NCBI GenBank assembly: GCA_038255505.1 | Contig: JBBSLF010000002.1 | Span: 1 to 61,690, forward strand | Source: Candidatus Limnocylindria bacterium | GTDB taxonomy: Bacteria; Chloroflexota; Limnocylindria; QHBO01 | Length of the DNA: 61,690 nt | Direction of reading: 5' to 3' | Part shown: in pieces, positions 32,993 through 42,562 of the stretch | How positions within the stretch are numbered: position 1 is the first letter of the stretch | How the letters are laid out: every line of letters starts with the position of its first letter | The notes under the pieces: generated by a model | The model's input: the letters and a program-made list of their open reading frames with translations, nothing else | Database searches by the model: none | What the model was told of the DNA's origin: nothing | Made by a program: the position numbers and the translations under genes

Positions 32993-33234
32993 GGACGCGA
33001 GCCCAGCAGGAGGGTCGAGCGATGAGCAAGGGACGTTCCCGTCACCAATCCAGCCGACGCCGGATGTATTCGGCTCGGCAGCGGGATTTGCGCGAGCGCC
33101 GCACGCATGCCGCGAGCGAAGAACAGCATTGGCTCAGCGATCAGATGGCGGCCATTGAGATCGAGGAGAGCCTGGACTTCGAAGCACCGACGAGCTTCGG
33201 AATTTCCGCACGCCGCCGAGCGACCGCCGCCTAG
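32989..33234 (+). CDS. possible small basic protein (81 aa) between rsmH and ftsL
   Basis: ATG 32989 overlaps the rsmH stop, and its own stop overlaps the ftsL-like GTG. GC3 is only about 72% by hand count, so coding status is doubtful. Confidence 0.25.
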   Translation: MRTRAQQEGRAMSKGRSRHQSSRRRMYSARQRDLRERRTHAASEEQHWLSDQMAAIEIEESLDFEAPTSFGISARRRATAA

Positions 33235-33650
33235 TGGCCGTCATCGGCGCCCGCCCGGCCACCGGCCCCTGGTTCATTCCAGGGCGTGGACGCCCGCGTC
33301 CTCGCACCCGTCCGCAGCTCGCCCGTCGTGGGCGTCATCGCGGCGTCGTTCGCCGGATCGAGTCGCGCATCGATGTGCGCCCGCTGCTGGTGGCCATCGT
33401 GGTCGCCGCGGGGCTGGCTCTCTTCTACTTGAGCCAGTCGACCGGTGTTGCGGCCCGGGGATACGAGATCGATACGCTTGCCGCGACGCTCGCCGAACGC
33501 CGAGCCAGCCAACAACAGCTCATCCTGGCCATCGGCCGGGCGCGATCGCCGGCTGAGATCACCGAGCGCGCCAAGACCGAGCTGCGGCTGGTGCCGCTCG
33601 AGGATGGCGCGGTGACGTATGCGCCCTCCGTCAGTAAATCCAACGATTGA
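33234..33650 (+). CDS. ftsL: FtsL-like cell division protein
   Basis: Arg-rich N-terminus, one TM (LLVAIVVAAGLALFYL), then a coiled-coil-like segment. The canonical position between rsmH and ftsI supports the call. High GC3 from 33234 onwards. Confidence 0.7.
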   Translation: MAVIGARPATGPWFIPGRGRPRPRTRPQLARRGRHRGVVRRIESRIDVRPLLVAIVVAAGLALFYLSQSTGVAARGYEIDTLAATLAERRASQQQLILAIGRARSPAEITERAKTELRLVPLEDGAVTYAPSVSKSND

Positions 33651-33695
33651 CGTAGATCCCGCGACCGATGGCGGTCGCACGCACCGGAGACCCTC

Positions 33696-35486
33696 ATGCT
33701 CGCCAGGACCGACAGTCGTGCCCGCGCACTGGTCCTCCTGATTCTTGTCGCATTCGCCGCGTCGGCGATCGGCGCACGATTGGTCTGGTGGCAGGTGGTG
33801 CAGCAGCCCTGGCTGGCCGAGATGGCGCTCAACCAGCTGGCGCACCACGAGGAGCTTCCGGCCGAGCGCGGTGAGATCACCGACGCGAACGGCGAGCTCC
33901 TCGCGACGTCGGTCGAGCTGCAGTCGATCTTCGCGACGCCACCCAGCGTTGACGATCCCCTCATTGCCTCGATCATTCTCGCGTCGATCCTCGACATGCC
34001 CCCCGACGAGGTGCGCGCTCGGCTTGAGAGCGAATCGCCATGGACCTGGCTGCGTCGTCGGGTCTCGCCGGAGGTCGCTCAGCGCGTCCGCGAGCTCGAC
34101 CTGCGTGGCATCGGTATGCTGCCGGAGACGAAGCGGGTCTACCCGGTCACTGGCGTGGCCAACGAAACCACGATCGCCGCCCATGTGCTCGGCTTCGTCG
34201 ACGTCGACGGCCGCGGCCAGTTCGGCGTCGAGGGGCACGAGAACGGTCTGCTGGCGGGTTCTCCGGGCAGGGTGACGGCGCAGCGGGACGTGATCGGCCG
34301 CCAGATCGCCGACTCCGCGACCCTCCTCACCGAGCCATCGGACGGTGCTGATCTGCGCCTTACCATCGATGCCGGCGTCCAGAACCTGCTCGAGGAGCAG
34401 ATATGGGAGACCTATCGGAAGAACCGAGCCGCCGGCGCGACGGGGATGATCATGAACGCGGAGACGGGTGCCATCCTCGGCATGGCCAGCTATCCGTCGT
34501 ATGACGCCAACCAGTTCGCGACGACCGATGGCGAGCTCTTCTCCAATCCGGCGGTCGCGCGTCAATATGAGCCGGGATCGGTCATGAAGGCATTCACCAT
34601 CGCCGCGGCGCTCGACGCCGATGCGATCACGACGCGCGACACGTTCGTGGACAACAACAACCTGCTCCTTCGTGGCTCCCGAATCCAGAACGCGGATCGC
34701 TACGACTTCCCTTCCGGTCACGGCCCCATCACCGCGGCCGACGTCCTGGCGCTCTCGAACAACGTGGGGGCAGCACTGGTCGGCCTCGAGCTCGGCCCTG
34801 CCGAACTGTACGAGGCGTTCCGACGCTTCGGGTTCGGCTCGCCGACCGGGATCGAGCTGACCGGCGAAGCGAGTGGCGTGGTGTGGGATCCCGACGGCCC
34901 GAACGCGTCCGGCGAGCTCACGGCGGCCCAGAATGCCTTCGGACAGGGACTCAGCGTCACCGCGGTCCAGCTCATGGCCGGGTACGCCGCCTTCGCCAAC
35001 GGCGGCATGCTCGTCACCCCACACGTCGTCGAGGGCTGGGCCGATACGGACGGCGAATACCACGCCACCGAACAGCCACCGGGCGAGCGGATCATGCGCG
35101 CCGAGACCGCGGACACGATGGTCGACCTGCTGGTCAACGGCATCGACAATGGCATCGCAAAGGGGGCGCAGATTGCGGGATACACGGTCGCGGGCAAGAC
35201 CGGGACCGCGCAGATTGCGGGACCGGTCCGGGTCAAGAACGCCGACGGCGAGACCGTGGAGCGGTGGCAGTACATCGCCGGCTGGGTCGATTCGAGCTAT
35301 GTCGGCTTCCTGCCCACGGGCGACACGAAGCTCGTCACCATCATCCTCATCCATCGCCCGGCCGGCGCCGGCGGACGCCAGATGCCGGAGCGTCCGGAGA
35401 CGGTGTACGCGCAGCTCATGCATGAGGTGGTCGACTACCTCGCCATCGCGCCCGACCGGCCGATCGAACCGGTCGCACAGCCATGA
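33696..35486 (+). CDS. ftsI: class B penicillin-binding protein / peptidoglycan D,D-transpeptidase
   Basis: N-terminal TM, PBP dimerisation domain, SVMK (SxxK), SNN (SxN) and KTGTA (KTG) motifs. Confidence 0.93.
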   Translation: MLARTDSRARALVLLILVAFAASAIGARLVWWQVVQQPWLAEMALNQLAHHEELPAERGEITDANGELLATSVELQSIFATPPSVDDPLIASIILASILDMPPDEVRARLESESPWTWLRRRVSPEVAQRVRELDLRGIGMLPETKRVYPVTGVANETTIAAHVLGFVDVDGRGQFGVEGHENGLLAGSPGRVTAQRDVIGRQIADSATLLTEPSDGADLRLTIDAGVQNLLEEQIWETYRKNRAAGATGMIMNAETGAILGMASYPSYDANQFATTDGELFSNPAVARQYEPGSVMKAFTIAAALDADAITTRDTFVDNNNLLLRGSRIQNADRYDFPSGHGPITAADVLALSNNVGAALVGLELGPAELYEAFRRFGFGSPTGIELTGEASGVVWDPDGPNASGELTAAQNAFGQGLSVTAVQLMAGYAAFANGGMLVTPHVVEGWADTDGEYHATEQPPGERIMRAETADTMVDLLVNGIDNGIAKGAQIAGYTVAGKTGTAQIAGPVRVKNADGETVERWQYIAGWVDSSYVGFLPTGDTKLVTIILIHRPAGAGGRQMPERPETVYAQLMHEVVDYLAIAPDRPIEPVAQP

Positions 35487-36922
35487 CGCTGGTAGACTGC
35501 CCGACAGCCCGCAGCGTGGTCCGTGTGCCTCCCACGATCCGTCTCGACGACCTGCTGGCCGCCACCGGCGGCCGCCTCCAGGGGCCGGCATCGGTCACGT
35601 CCATCGCCGGCGCTTCCGTCGACTCCCGTCGCGTGAGTCCCGGCTCGATCTACGTCGCCCTCCGCGGCGAACGGACCGATGGGCACCACTTCGTGAGCGA
35701 TGCGCTGCGCGCCGGGGCCGTTGCCGCGCTCGTCGATCGCCCGGTCGAATGGCCCGCCGATCTTCACGCGCCCGTGGTGATCGTCGCGGACGCGCTGCGC
35801 GCGCTCGGTGATCTCGCGGCGTGGTGGAGGTCCCGTCACGCGGTCCGGATCGTTGGTGTCACTGGCTCGACCGGCAAGACGATCGCGAAGGAGATGACGG
35901 CCGATCTCCTCTCGCGCAGCCTGCGAACGCTCCGCAACGAGGGCAACCTGAACTCCGAGACCGGCCTCCCGATGACGCTGCTGCAGCTCGACGCCACGCA
36001 CGAGGCGGCGGTGCTCGAGATGAGCATGTACACCACGGGCGAGATTGCGCGCCTGGCCGAGATCGCCCGGCCCGAGGTTGGGATCGTGCTCAGCGTTCAT
36101 CCGGCGCATCTCGAGCGCGCCGGCAGCATCGATCGCATCGCGCAGGCCAAGGGAGAGCTGCCTGCGGCCCTTCCCGCCGATGGCCTGGCCATCCTCAACG
36201 CCGATGACCATCGCGTCCTCGCCATGCGCAGTCTCACGCAGGCGACGGTCCGCACCTTCGGCCTCGCGGCGAACGCGAACGTGCGCGCCGACGAGGTCGT
36301 GAGCAACGGCCTGGCCGGCACCGACTTCATGCTTCGCGCCCCATGGGGCGAGCGACGCGTTCGCAGCGCGACGCCTGGCCGGCACCTGGTCCCGCACGCG
36401 CTGGCCGCCGCCACAGCCGCCGAGCACCTCGGCGTGCCATTCGACGAGGTTGAGGTTGGGCTCGCCGCAGGAAGCCGCGCAGCGCACCGCATGCAGGTCG
36501 AGACGGCCGCCTCGGGCGCGACCTTGGTGGATGACACGTACAACGCCTCGCCGATCAGCATGCGCGCAGCGCTCGACTTCCTGGCCGAGACGCCGATCGC
36601 CTCCGGCCGCCGGCGTCTGGCGGTGCTGGGCGACATGCTTGAGCTCGGGCCGGACGAGGCGCGGCTGCATCGCGAGATCGGGGAGCACGCCGCTCGTTCG
36701 GTCGATTTGATCGTGGCGGTGGGAGCTCGTGGTCGCTGGATCGCGGAAGGAGCGCGCGGTGCGGGCGCGACAAGGGTCGTCCAGGCCGACGACGCGGATG
36801 AGGCAGCATCGGTCCTCGAGCGCGAGGTGGCGACCGGTCCCGGCGATCTCGTGCTGCTCAAAGCGTCGCGCGGCATCGGCCTCGATCGGGCGGTCGACCT
36901 CTTGCGGGGGGTCAATTCATGA
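35483..36922 (+). CDS. murF: UDP-MurNAc-tripeptide--D-Ala-D-Ala ligase
   Basis: VTGSTGKT P-loop and the MurF-specific NEGNLNSETGLPMTLL motif. This is not MurE. Confidence 0.9.
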   Translation: MTLVDCPTARSVVRVPPTIRLDDLLAATGGRLQGPASVTSIAGASVDSRRVSPGSIYVALRGERTDGHHFVSDALRAGAVAALVDRPVEWPADLHAPVVIVADALRALGDLAAWWRSRHAVRIVGVTGSTGKTIAKEMTADLLSRSLRTLRNEGNLNSETGLPMTLLQLDATHEAAVLEMSMYTTGEIARLAEIARPEVGIVLSVHPAHLERAGSIDRIAQAKGELPAALPADGLAILNADDHRVLAMRSLTQATVRTFGLAANANVRADEVVSNGLAGTDFMLRAPWGERRVRSATPGRHLVPHALAAATAAEHLGVPFDEVEVGLAAGSRAAHRMQVETAASGATLVDDTYNASPISMRAALDFLAETPIASGRRRLAVLGDMLELGPDEARLHREIGEHAARSVDLIVAVGARGRWIAEGARGAGATRVVQADDADEAASVLEREVATGPGDLVLLKASRGIGLDRAVDLLRGVNS

Positions 36923-37905
36923 GCCTGGTCCAGATTGTCATCGCGTTGCTGCTGGCCTTCATCGGCATGGTGCTCCTGGCGCCCATCTACATCAGCCTGC
37001 TCGGACGGCTGGGCTTCGGGAAGAAGATCCGCGTCGACGGTCCCGAGGCGCACTTCCGGAAGGCCGGCACGCCGACCATGGGTGGCACGCTGATGGTCGG
37101 CGTGGTGCTGTTTCTGGCCATGGCGCTGCGAATCGAGGACGCCGCCACGCTGACGCCGATGCTGACCCTCATGGGCGTGGGCATTCTTGGCGCGATCGAC
37201 GATTTCGTGAACGTGCGGACCGGGATCGGCATGCGAGGACGCTGGAAGCTGGTGTGGCAGACGGCGGTGGCGATCCTGGCTGCCTTCTACATTCAGCGCC
37301 ACTTCAACATCACCGGCCTCAACGTCCCGGGCCTTGGCGAGATCGTTATCGGCCCGCTGCTCTTCGTGCTGTTCGTCGCCTTCGTCATCGTCGGCACCAG
37401 CAACGCCGTCAATCTGACCGATGGGCTCGACGGCCTGGCCGGTGGCGTCCTGATCTTCAGCTTCGTGGCGTACCTGCTCATCAGCCTTGTGGCGATTGAT
37501 GGTGTGAAGAACGCACAACCCAACCTCGCCATCTTCTGCGCGCTCGTCATCGGCGCCCTCGTGGGCTTCCTGTGGTTCAACGTCCATCCCGCGCAGATCA
37601 TCATGGGCGACTCGGGAGCGTTGAGCCTGGGCGCCACTCTCGCCGTGGTGGCGACGGTGAACGGCCAGCTGCCGCTTCTGGCGGTGATCGGGATCGTCTT
37701 TTTCGCCGTCATCATGAGCGTCGTGATCCAGGTGGCCAGCTACCGTCTGCGCGGCCGGCGCATCTTTCGCATGGCCCCGCTCCAGCACCATTTTGAGCTC
37801 ATCGGCTGGGCCGAAGAGAAGATCACGATTCGCTTCTGGATCGTGGCCGCGCTGGCCGGACTGCTGGGCTTCAGCATCTTCCTCGGCAGCGTGAACGGCA
37901 TCTAG
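36919..37905 (+). CDS. mraY: phospho-N-acetylmuramoyl-pentapeptide transferase
   Basis: About 10 TM, NAVNLTDGLDGLA, MGDSGALSLG, PLQHHFEL. Confidence 0.96.
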   Translation: MSLVQIVIALLLAFIGMVLLAPIYISLLGRLGFGKKIRVDGPEAHFRKAGTPTMGGTLMVGVVLFLAMALRIEDAATLTPMLTLMGVGILGAIDDFVNVRTGIGMRGRWKLVWQTAVAILAAFYIQRHFNITGLNVPGLGEIVIGPLLFVLFVAFVIVGTSNAVNLTDGLDGLAGGVLIFSFVAYLLISLVAIDGVKNAQPNLAIFCALVIGALVGFLWFNVHPAQIIMGDSGALSLGATLAVVATVNGQLPLLAVIGIVFFAVIMSVVIQVASYRLRGRRIFRMAPLQHHFELIGWAEEKITIRFWIVAALAGLLGFSIFLGSVNGI

Positions 37906-37913
37906 ATGGACCG

Positions 37914-39338
37914 ATGATGACTGCGCCGTCCGCCCCGATCCAATCTGCCGCCGACCTTCGTGGCCGCCGCGTCGTCGTGCTGGGCCTGGCCCGATCTGGG
38001 GTCGCGGCATGCCGCTTCCTGGCCGATGCTGGCGCCGTCGTGGTCGCCTACGATCGAAGGCCGGCCGCCGACCTGTCCAGCGCGGTCGCGGCCCTCGGTG
38101 CGCGGCCCATTCGTCTCGCGCTCGGCGTGACCGAGACCGCCGCCACGGCACTGCTCGAGCACGCCGACCTGCTCGTGACCAGCCCGTCCATCTCGACACG
38201 CTTCGCGACCACCGAGGCGTGGCTGATGGATGCGCTGGTTGCCGCCGAGGGGCGCGGCGCAGAGCTGATCAGCGAGGTCGAGCTCTTCCTGCGGCTGACC
38301 CGCGCGCGGATCCTGGGCGTGACCGGAACGAAGGGAAAGACGACCACGGCATCCCTCGTGGCCGCCATGCTGGCCGCCGGCGAGGTCGAGCACGTATTGG
38401 GTGGCAACATCGGCACGCCGTTGGTCGAACGCGCCCTCGATCTCGGCTCGGACGATTGGGCTGTGCTCGAGCTCTCAGAGCTCCAGTTGCCCACCATTAG
38501 CCGCGGCGCCGACGTGGCGCTGTACACCAATATCGGCGAGGATCACCTCGATCGCCACGGCAGCGTCGAGGCCTACCGCTCGGTGAAGGCCATCCTGGCT
38601 GAGCGGAGCGCGCCGAGCGGCCGGGTCGTCCTGAACCATGACGATCGCGGCTGCCTCGATCTGGGCGCGCGGTTATCGCCGGCGAGCGTGGCATGGTACG
38701 GGGTCGCTCGCCCGGATCGGAGTCGGGTCGAGGCCTGGATCGACGCGGACGGCTGGCTGCGCGTGGCGGGGGAGCGGCTGCTGCCCGCCGGTGACGTGCC
38801 ACTTCCCGGCCGCCACATGCTGTCCAATGTCCTGGGAGCATCGCTTGCCGCGTACCTGGTGGGAGTTCCGGCTGCTGTCGTGGCTGACGCGATCCGAGGG
38901 TTCGGCGGCGTTCCGCATCGGCTGGAGCTGGTCGCGGAGCGCAACGGCGTGCGGTGGATCAATGACTCGCAGGCCACGATCCCGATGGCCGCCATCGCGG
39001 CACTCGAGGCCTTCGACGCGCCGATCGTGCTCATCTGCGGTGGGAGCCACAAGGGGCTCGAGTACGACGCCTTCGCCGATGCGATCGTGCGTTGCGTCCG
39101 GACGGCCATCTTGATCGGCGAGACGGCCGATGAGCTCGAGCGGCTCATCGCCGGCCGCGTGCCGGTCGAGCGCGTCGGGACGCTGGACGAGGCCGTGGTC
39201 AACGCCGCGCGGTTCGCGCGTCCGGGGGACGTGGCACTCATGGCGCCGGCGGCGGCGAGCTTCGACATGTTCGTCGACTACGCAGCTCGCGGCGATGCCT
39301 TCAGGGCGGCGGTCATGGCCCTCGGAGGAGACGCGTGA
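37914..39338 (+). CDS. murD: UDP-MurNAc-L-Ala--D-Glu ligase
   Basis: N-terminal Rossmann VVVLGLARSG, GVTGTKGKTT and SQATIP. Position after mraY supports the call. Confidence 0.92.
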   Translation: MMTAPSAPIQSAADLRGRRVVVLGLARSGVAACRFLADAGAVVVAYDRRPAADLSSAVAALGARPIRLALGVTETAATALLEHADLLVTSPSISTRFATTEAWLMDALVAAEGRGAELISEVELFLRLTRARILGVTGTKGKTTTASLVAAMLAAGEVEHVLGGNIGTPLVERALDLGSDDWAVLELSELQLPTISRGADVALYTNIGEDHLDRHGSVEAYRSVKAILAERSAPSGRVVLNHDDRGCLDLGARLSPASVAWYGVARPDRSRVEAWIDADGWLRVAGERLLPAGDVPLPGRHMLSNVLGASLAAYLVGVPAAVVADAIRGFGGVPHRLELVAERNGVRWINDSQATIPMAAIAALEAFDAPIVLICGGSHKGLEYDAFADAIVRCVRTAILIGETADELERLIAGRVPVERVGTLDEAVVNAARFARPGDVALMAPAAASFDMFVDYAARGDAFRAAVMALGGDA

Positions 39339-40603
39339 CGGCGGCGACAACCACGGCATCCACCGCACGACGCGCCCCCGCTCGGGGCGGCGTGCGCCGC
39401 GAGCGGCACGAGCCGGCCTTCGGGCTGCTGCTGGCCGCGATGGCGCTGACCGCGATCGGTATCGTGATGGTGTACTCGGCGTCGAGCGTTCGGTCGTATT
39501 TCAACAGTGCCGACCCTGCAGCGCAGGGAATGGAGCAGCTGGTGTGGGCCGGACTCGGGATCACCGGCCTCGTGGTGGCCATGCGCCTCGACTTCCGCCA
39601 CCTGCGCTACCTGGCCATCCCGTTCTACGTGATCACGCTCATGCTGCTCGTCGCCGTCCTCATCCCGGGCATCGGCTCGGAGATCAATGGCTCGCGGCGC
39701 TGGATCGTGATCCCGGGCGTCGGCTCCCTCCAGCCAGCTGAGTTCGCGAAGCTGGGCGTCGTGCTGTACCTCGCCCACTGGCTGGATCGGCGCGGACACG
39801 CAGCGCGCTCCTTCTGGAACGGCCTGGTGCCCTTCTGCATGCTGGTGGCGCCGGGCTTCATCCTCATCGCGATGGAGCCGGACCTCGGCACGGCCGGCGT
39901 GTACGCCATCATCGCGGTCGGAATCTTCTTCATGGCCGGCGCCAACCTGCTGTACCTCGGCGCCATCGGCGCGTCAGTCCTGGGGACCGCCTGGCTGATG
40001 ATCAGCGCCACGAGCTACCAGATGGAGCGCGTGCAGACCTTCCTCGATCCCTTCCGCGATCCGCTCGGCACCGGCTACAACACCATCCAGGCACTTCTGG
40101 CGCTGGCTCTGGGGGGGATCACCGGGCTCGGGCTCGGCGAGAGCCGTCAGAAGTTCCTGTATCTGCCGGCGCCCTCGACCGACTTCATCTTCGCCATCAT
40201 CGGCGAGGAGTGGGGCCTGGTCGGGACGCTGACGGTGGTGGCCCTGTTCGTGGTGATCGCGTACCAGGGGTACCGGATCGCAATCACGGCGCCGGACACG
40301 TTCTCCGGCCTGGTGGCCGGGGGGATCACGACGTGGCTGGTGGCGCAGGCCTTCATCAACATCATGGTGGTCACGGCGCTCATGCCGGTGACCGGCATCC
40401 CACTTCCATTCATCAGTGCCGGCGGCTCGGCGCTGACCATCAACCTCGCAGCGATCGGCATTCTGCTGTCGATCAGTCGCGAGACCACCCAGACAGGATC
40501 CCTGCGTGATGCGGTATTCGGTGTCGGGCGGCGGAACCGGCGGGCACATCTACCCCGCGCTGGCCGTCGCACGAGCCCTGCGCGACGAACGTCCAGGCGC
40601 TGA
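39335..40603 (+). CDS. ftsW: SEDS peptidoglycan polymerase FtsW
   Basis: Multi-TM protein with PAEFAKL and LPFISAGGSA motifs. Confidence 0.92.
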   Translation: MTAATTTASTARRAPARGGVRRERHEPAFGLLLAAMALTAIGIVMVYSASSVRSYFNSADPAAQGMEQLVWAGLGITGLVVAMRLDFRHLRYLAIPFYVITLMLLVAVLIPGIGSEINGSRRWIVIPGVGSLQPAEFAKLGVVLYLAHWLDRRGHAARSFWNGLVPFCMLVAPGFILIAMEPDLGTAGVYAIIAVGIFFMAGANLLYLGAIGASVLGTAWLMISATSYQMERVQTFLDPFRDPLGTGYNTIQALLALALGGITGLGLGESRQKFLYLPAPSTDFIFAIIGEEWGLVGTLTVVALFVVIAYQGYRIAITAPDTFSGLVAGGITTWLVAQAFINIMVVTALMPVTGIPLPFISAGGSALTINLAAIGILLSISRETTQTGSLRDAVFGVGRRNRRAHLPRAGRRTSPARRTSRR

Positions 40604-41621
40604 GCTCGACTACATCGGCGGTGTCCGTGGCTTCGAGCGCAGGCTCGTGGCCAGTCACCCGATGCGCGGCGAGCTTCCGTATCACGAACTCGTCGTGCGG
40701 TCGCTGCGATCCGCCGGCCTGTCGGCGCATACCGTCGCTGACCCCGCGCGCCTGGCCGCATCCGTGCCGCAGGCATGGTGGCTGCTGGGCCGCCTCCAAC
40801 CGGCGGCGCTCTTCACCACCGGCGGCTATCTCGCCCTGCCACTCGTTCTGGCGGCGCGCGCCCGCGGCATCCCGACCCTGGTGTGGGAGGGAAACGTCCT
40901 GCCCGGCCGCGCCACCCGCGCGATTGGCCGCTTCGCCACCCGCGTCGCGGTCAGCTTCCCCCCCACACTCGACGCATTCAGCGGGAAGGGCTTCGTGTCC
41001 GGCACGCCGATCCGTTCGTTCCTCGGGATCGACCGTGCCGCTGCCCGGCATGCCTTCGGCCTTGATGAGGGTGACCGTCTGCTCCTCGTATTCGGTGGCT
41101 CACAGGCGGTGGCACGCATGAACACTGCCTTGACCGATGCGCTGCCGCGTCTCTTGCCCGATTGGCACGTCCTCCACCTCCCCGGAGGCGCCGGCATGGC
41201 CGAGGCCGGGGCCGCGCGCCAGGCGTTGCCTCCCGCCATCCGCTCGCGCTACACGGCCGAGCCATTCCTCACCGACCGCATGGCAGATGCGTTGGTGGCC
41301 GCCGACCTCGTCGTTGGTCGCGCCGGGTCGTCGACCTGTGCCGAGCTGACGGCCGTGGGGGTCCCCTCGATTCTCGTCCCGTATCCGTTCGCCGGCGCCC
41401 ATCAGCGCTACAACGCTCACTACCTGGCCGACGAGGGCGCGGCGATCGTGGTGGCCGATGAGGATTTCACGACGGATCGGCTCGTCGCCGAGGTCCTGGG
41501 CCTTGGCGACGACGCGCGCCGAGGCGCCATGGCCGATGCCGCTCGACGCCTCGGCCGCCCCGATGCCGCCCGCGTGTTGGCGAGCGAGCTGATAGCTCTC
41601 GCCGAGAGGAGCGCGTCGTGA
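40506..41621 (+). CDS. murG: UDP-GlcNAc:lipid I N-acetylglucosaminyltransferase
   Basis: SGGGTGGHIYPALAVA lies directly at the N-terminus; also RAGSSTCAEL. Confidence 0.94.
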   Translation: MMRYSVSGGGTGGHIYPALAVARALRDERPGAELDYIGGVRGFERRLVASHPMRGELPYHELVVRSLRSAGLSAHTVADPARLAASVPQAWWLLGRLQPAALFTTGGYLALPLVLAARARGIPTLVWEGNVLPGRATRAIGRFATRVAVSFPPTLDAFSGKGFVSGTPIRSFLGIDRAAARHAFGLDEGDRLLLVFGGSQAVARMNTALTDALPRLLPDWHVLHLPGGAGMAEAGAARQALPPAIRSRYTAEPFLTDRMADALVAADLVVGRAGSSTCAELTAVGVPSILVPYPFAGAHQRYNAHYLADEGAAIVVADEDFTTDRLVAEVLGLGDDARRGAMADAARRLGRPDAARVLASELIALAERSAS

Positions 41622-42562
41622 GCCCGGTCACGACCGCCGATGGCCTCGCCCGGCTTGACGAAGCGGCCGCGGCAGCGGGCATCGCCATGGAACGCGATGT
41701 CGCGTTGAGTGGCCTCACCACGCTGCGCGTCGGCGGTCCGGCGGATCGGTTGGTGACCGCGGAAACCGTCGATCAGCTCGTGGCGCTTCTGCGCATGGCG
41801 GCCGAGGCGGACGTGCCCGCCTTTGTCCTCGGCAAGGGCAGCGATATCGTCGTCGCGGATGCCGGCATGCGCGGCCTCGTGATTCGCGCTCGCGCGGACG
41901 CGGTCGAGATCGACGGCACGGAGCTGTATGCCGAGGCCGGCGCCTCGATGGCCGCGCTCGCCAAGCGATGCGCCCGAGACGGGCTGGCCGGCTTCGACTG
42001 GGGCATCAGTATCCCCGGCTCCCTGGGAGGTGCGATCTGGGCCAACGCCGGGGCTCACGGCGGCGAGATGGCCAACGTGGTGCGCACCGTCGATATCTTC
42101 GATGCTCGCAGTGGCGAGCGTCGCACCCTGGAGAAGGATGCCTGTGCCTTCGCGTATCGAGATTCCCGGTTCAAGCACGGCCGCGAAGTCATCCTCCGCG
42201 GCGTGCTGCAACTCGAGCGCGGTGAGCCTGTGGCCATTACCGAGCTCGTGGACGGGCACCAGAGGCACAGACGTGCGACGCAGCCACTTGCCGATCAGAA
42301 CGCGGGCAGCGTCTTTCGAAACCCGCCTGGCGATCACGCCGGACGGCTCATCGAGGACGCCGGCCTCAAGGGCCATCGCATCGGATCGGCGCGGGTGAGC
42401 GAGCTGCACGCGAACTTCATCGTCACCGACCGCGGAGACGCGCGCGGCGCGGACGTCCGGGCGCTTGGTGATCACGTTCGTGCGGTCGTGTCCGAACGGT
42501 TCAGCGTGCACTTGCGCTACGAGATCGAGTTCGTCGGCGCGTGGCCGGAAGAGGCGCCATGA
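41618..42562 (+). CDS. murB: UDP-N-acetylenolpyruvoylglucosamine reductase
   Basis: FAD-binding TTLRVGGPAD, GKGSDIVV, GSVFRNP. Confidence 0.93.
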   Translation: MSPVTTADGLARLDEAAAAAGIAMERDVALSGLTTLRVGGPADRLVTAETVDQLVALLRMAAEADVPAFVLGKGSDIVVADAGMRGLVIRARADAVEIDGTELYAEAGASMAALAKRCARDGLAGFDWGISIPGSLGGAIWANAGAHGGEMANVVRTVDIFDARSGERRTLEKDACAFAYRDSRFKHGREVILRGVLQLERGEPVAITELVDGHQRHRRATQPLADQNAGSVFRNPPGDHAGRLIEDAGLKGHRIGSARVSELHANFIVTDRGDARGADVRALGDHVRAVVSERFSVHLRYEIEFVGAWPEEAP

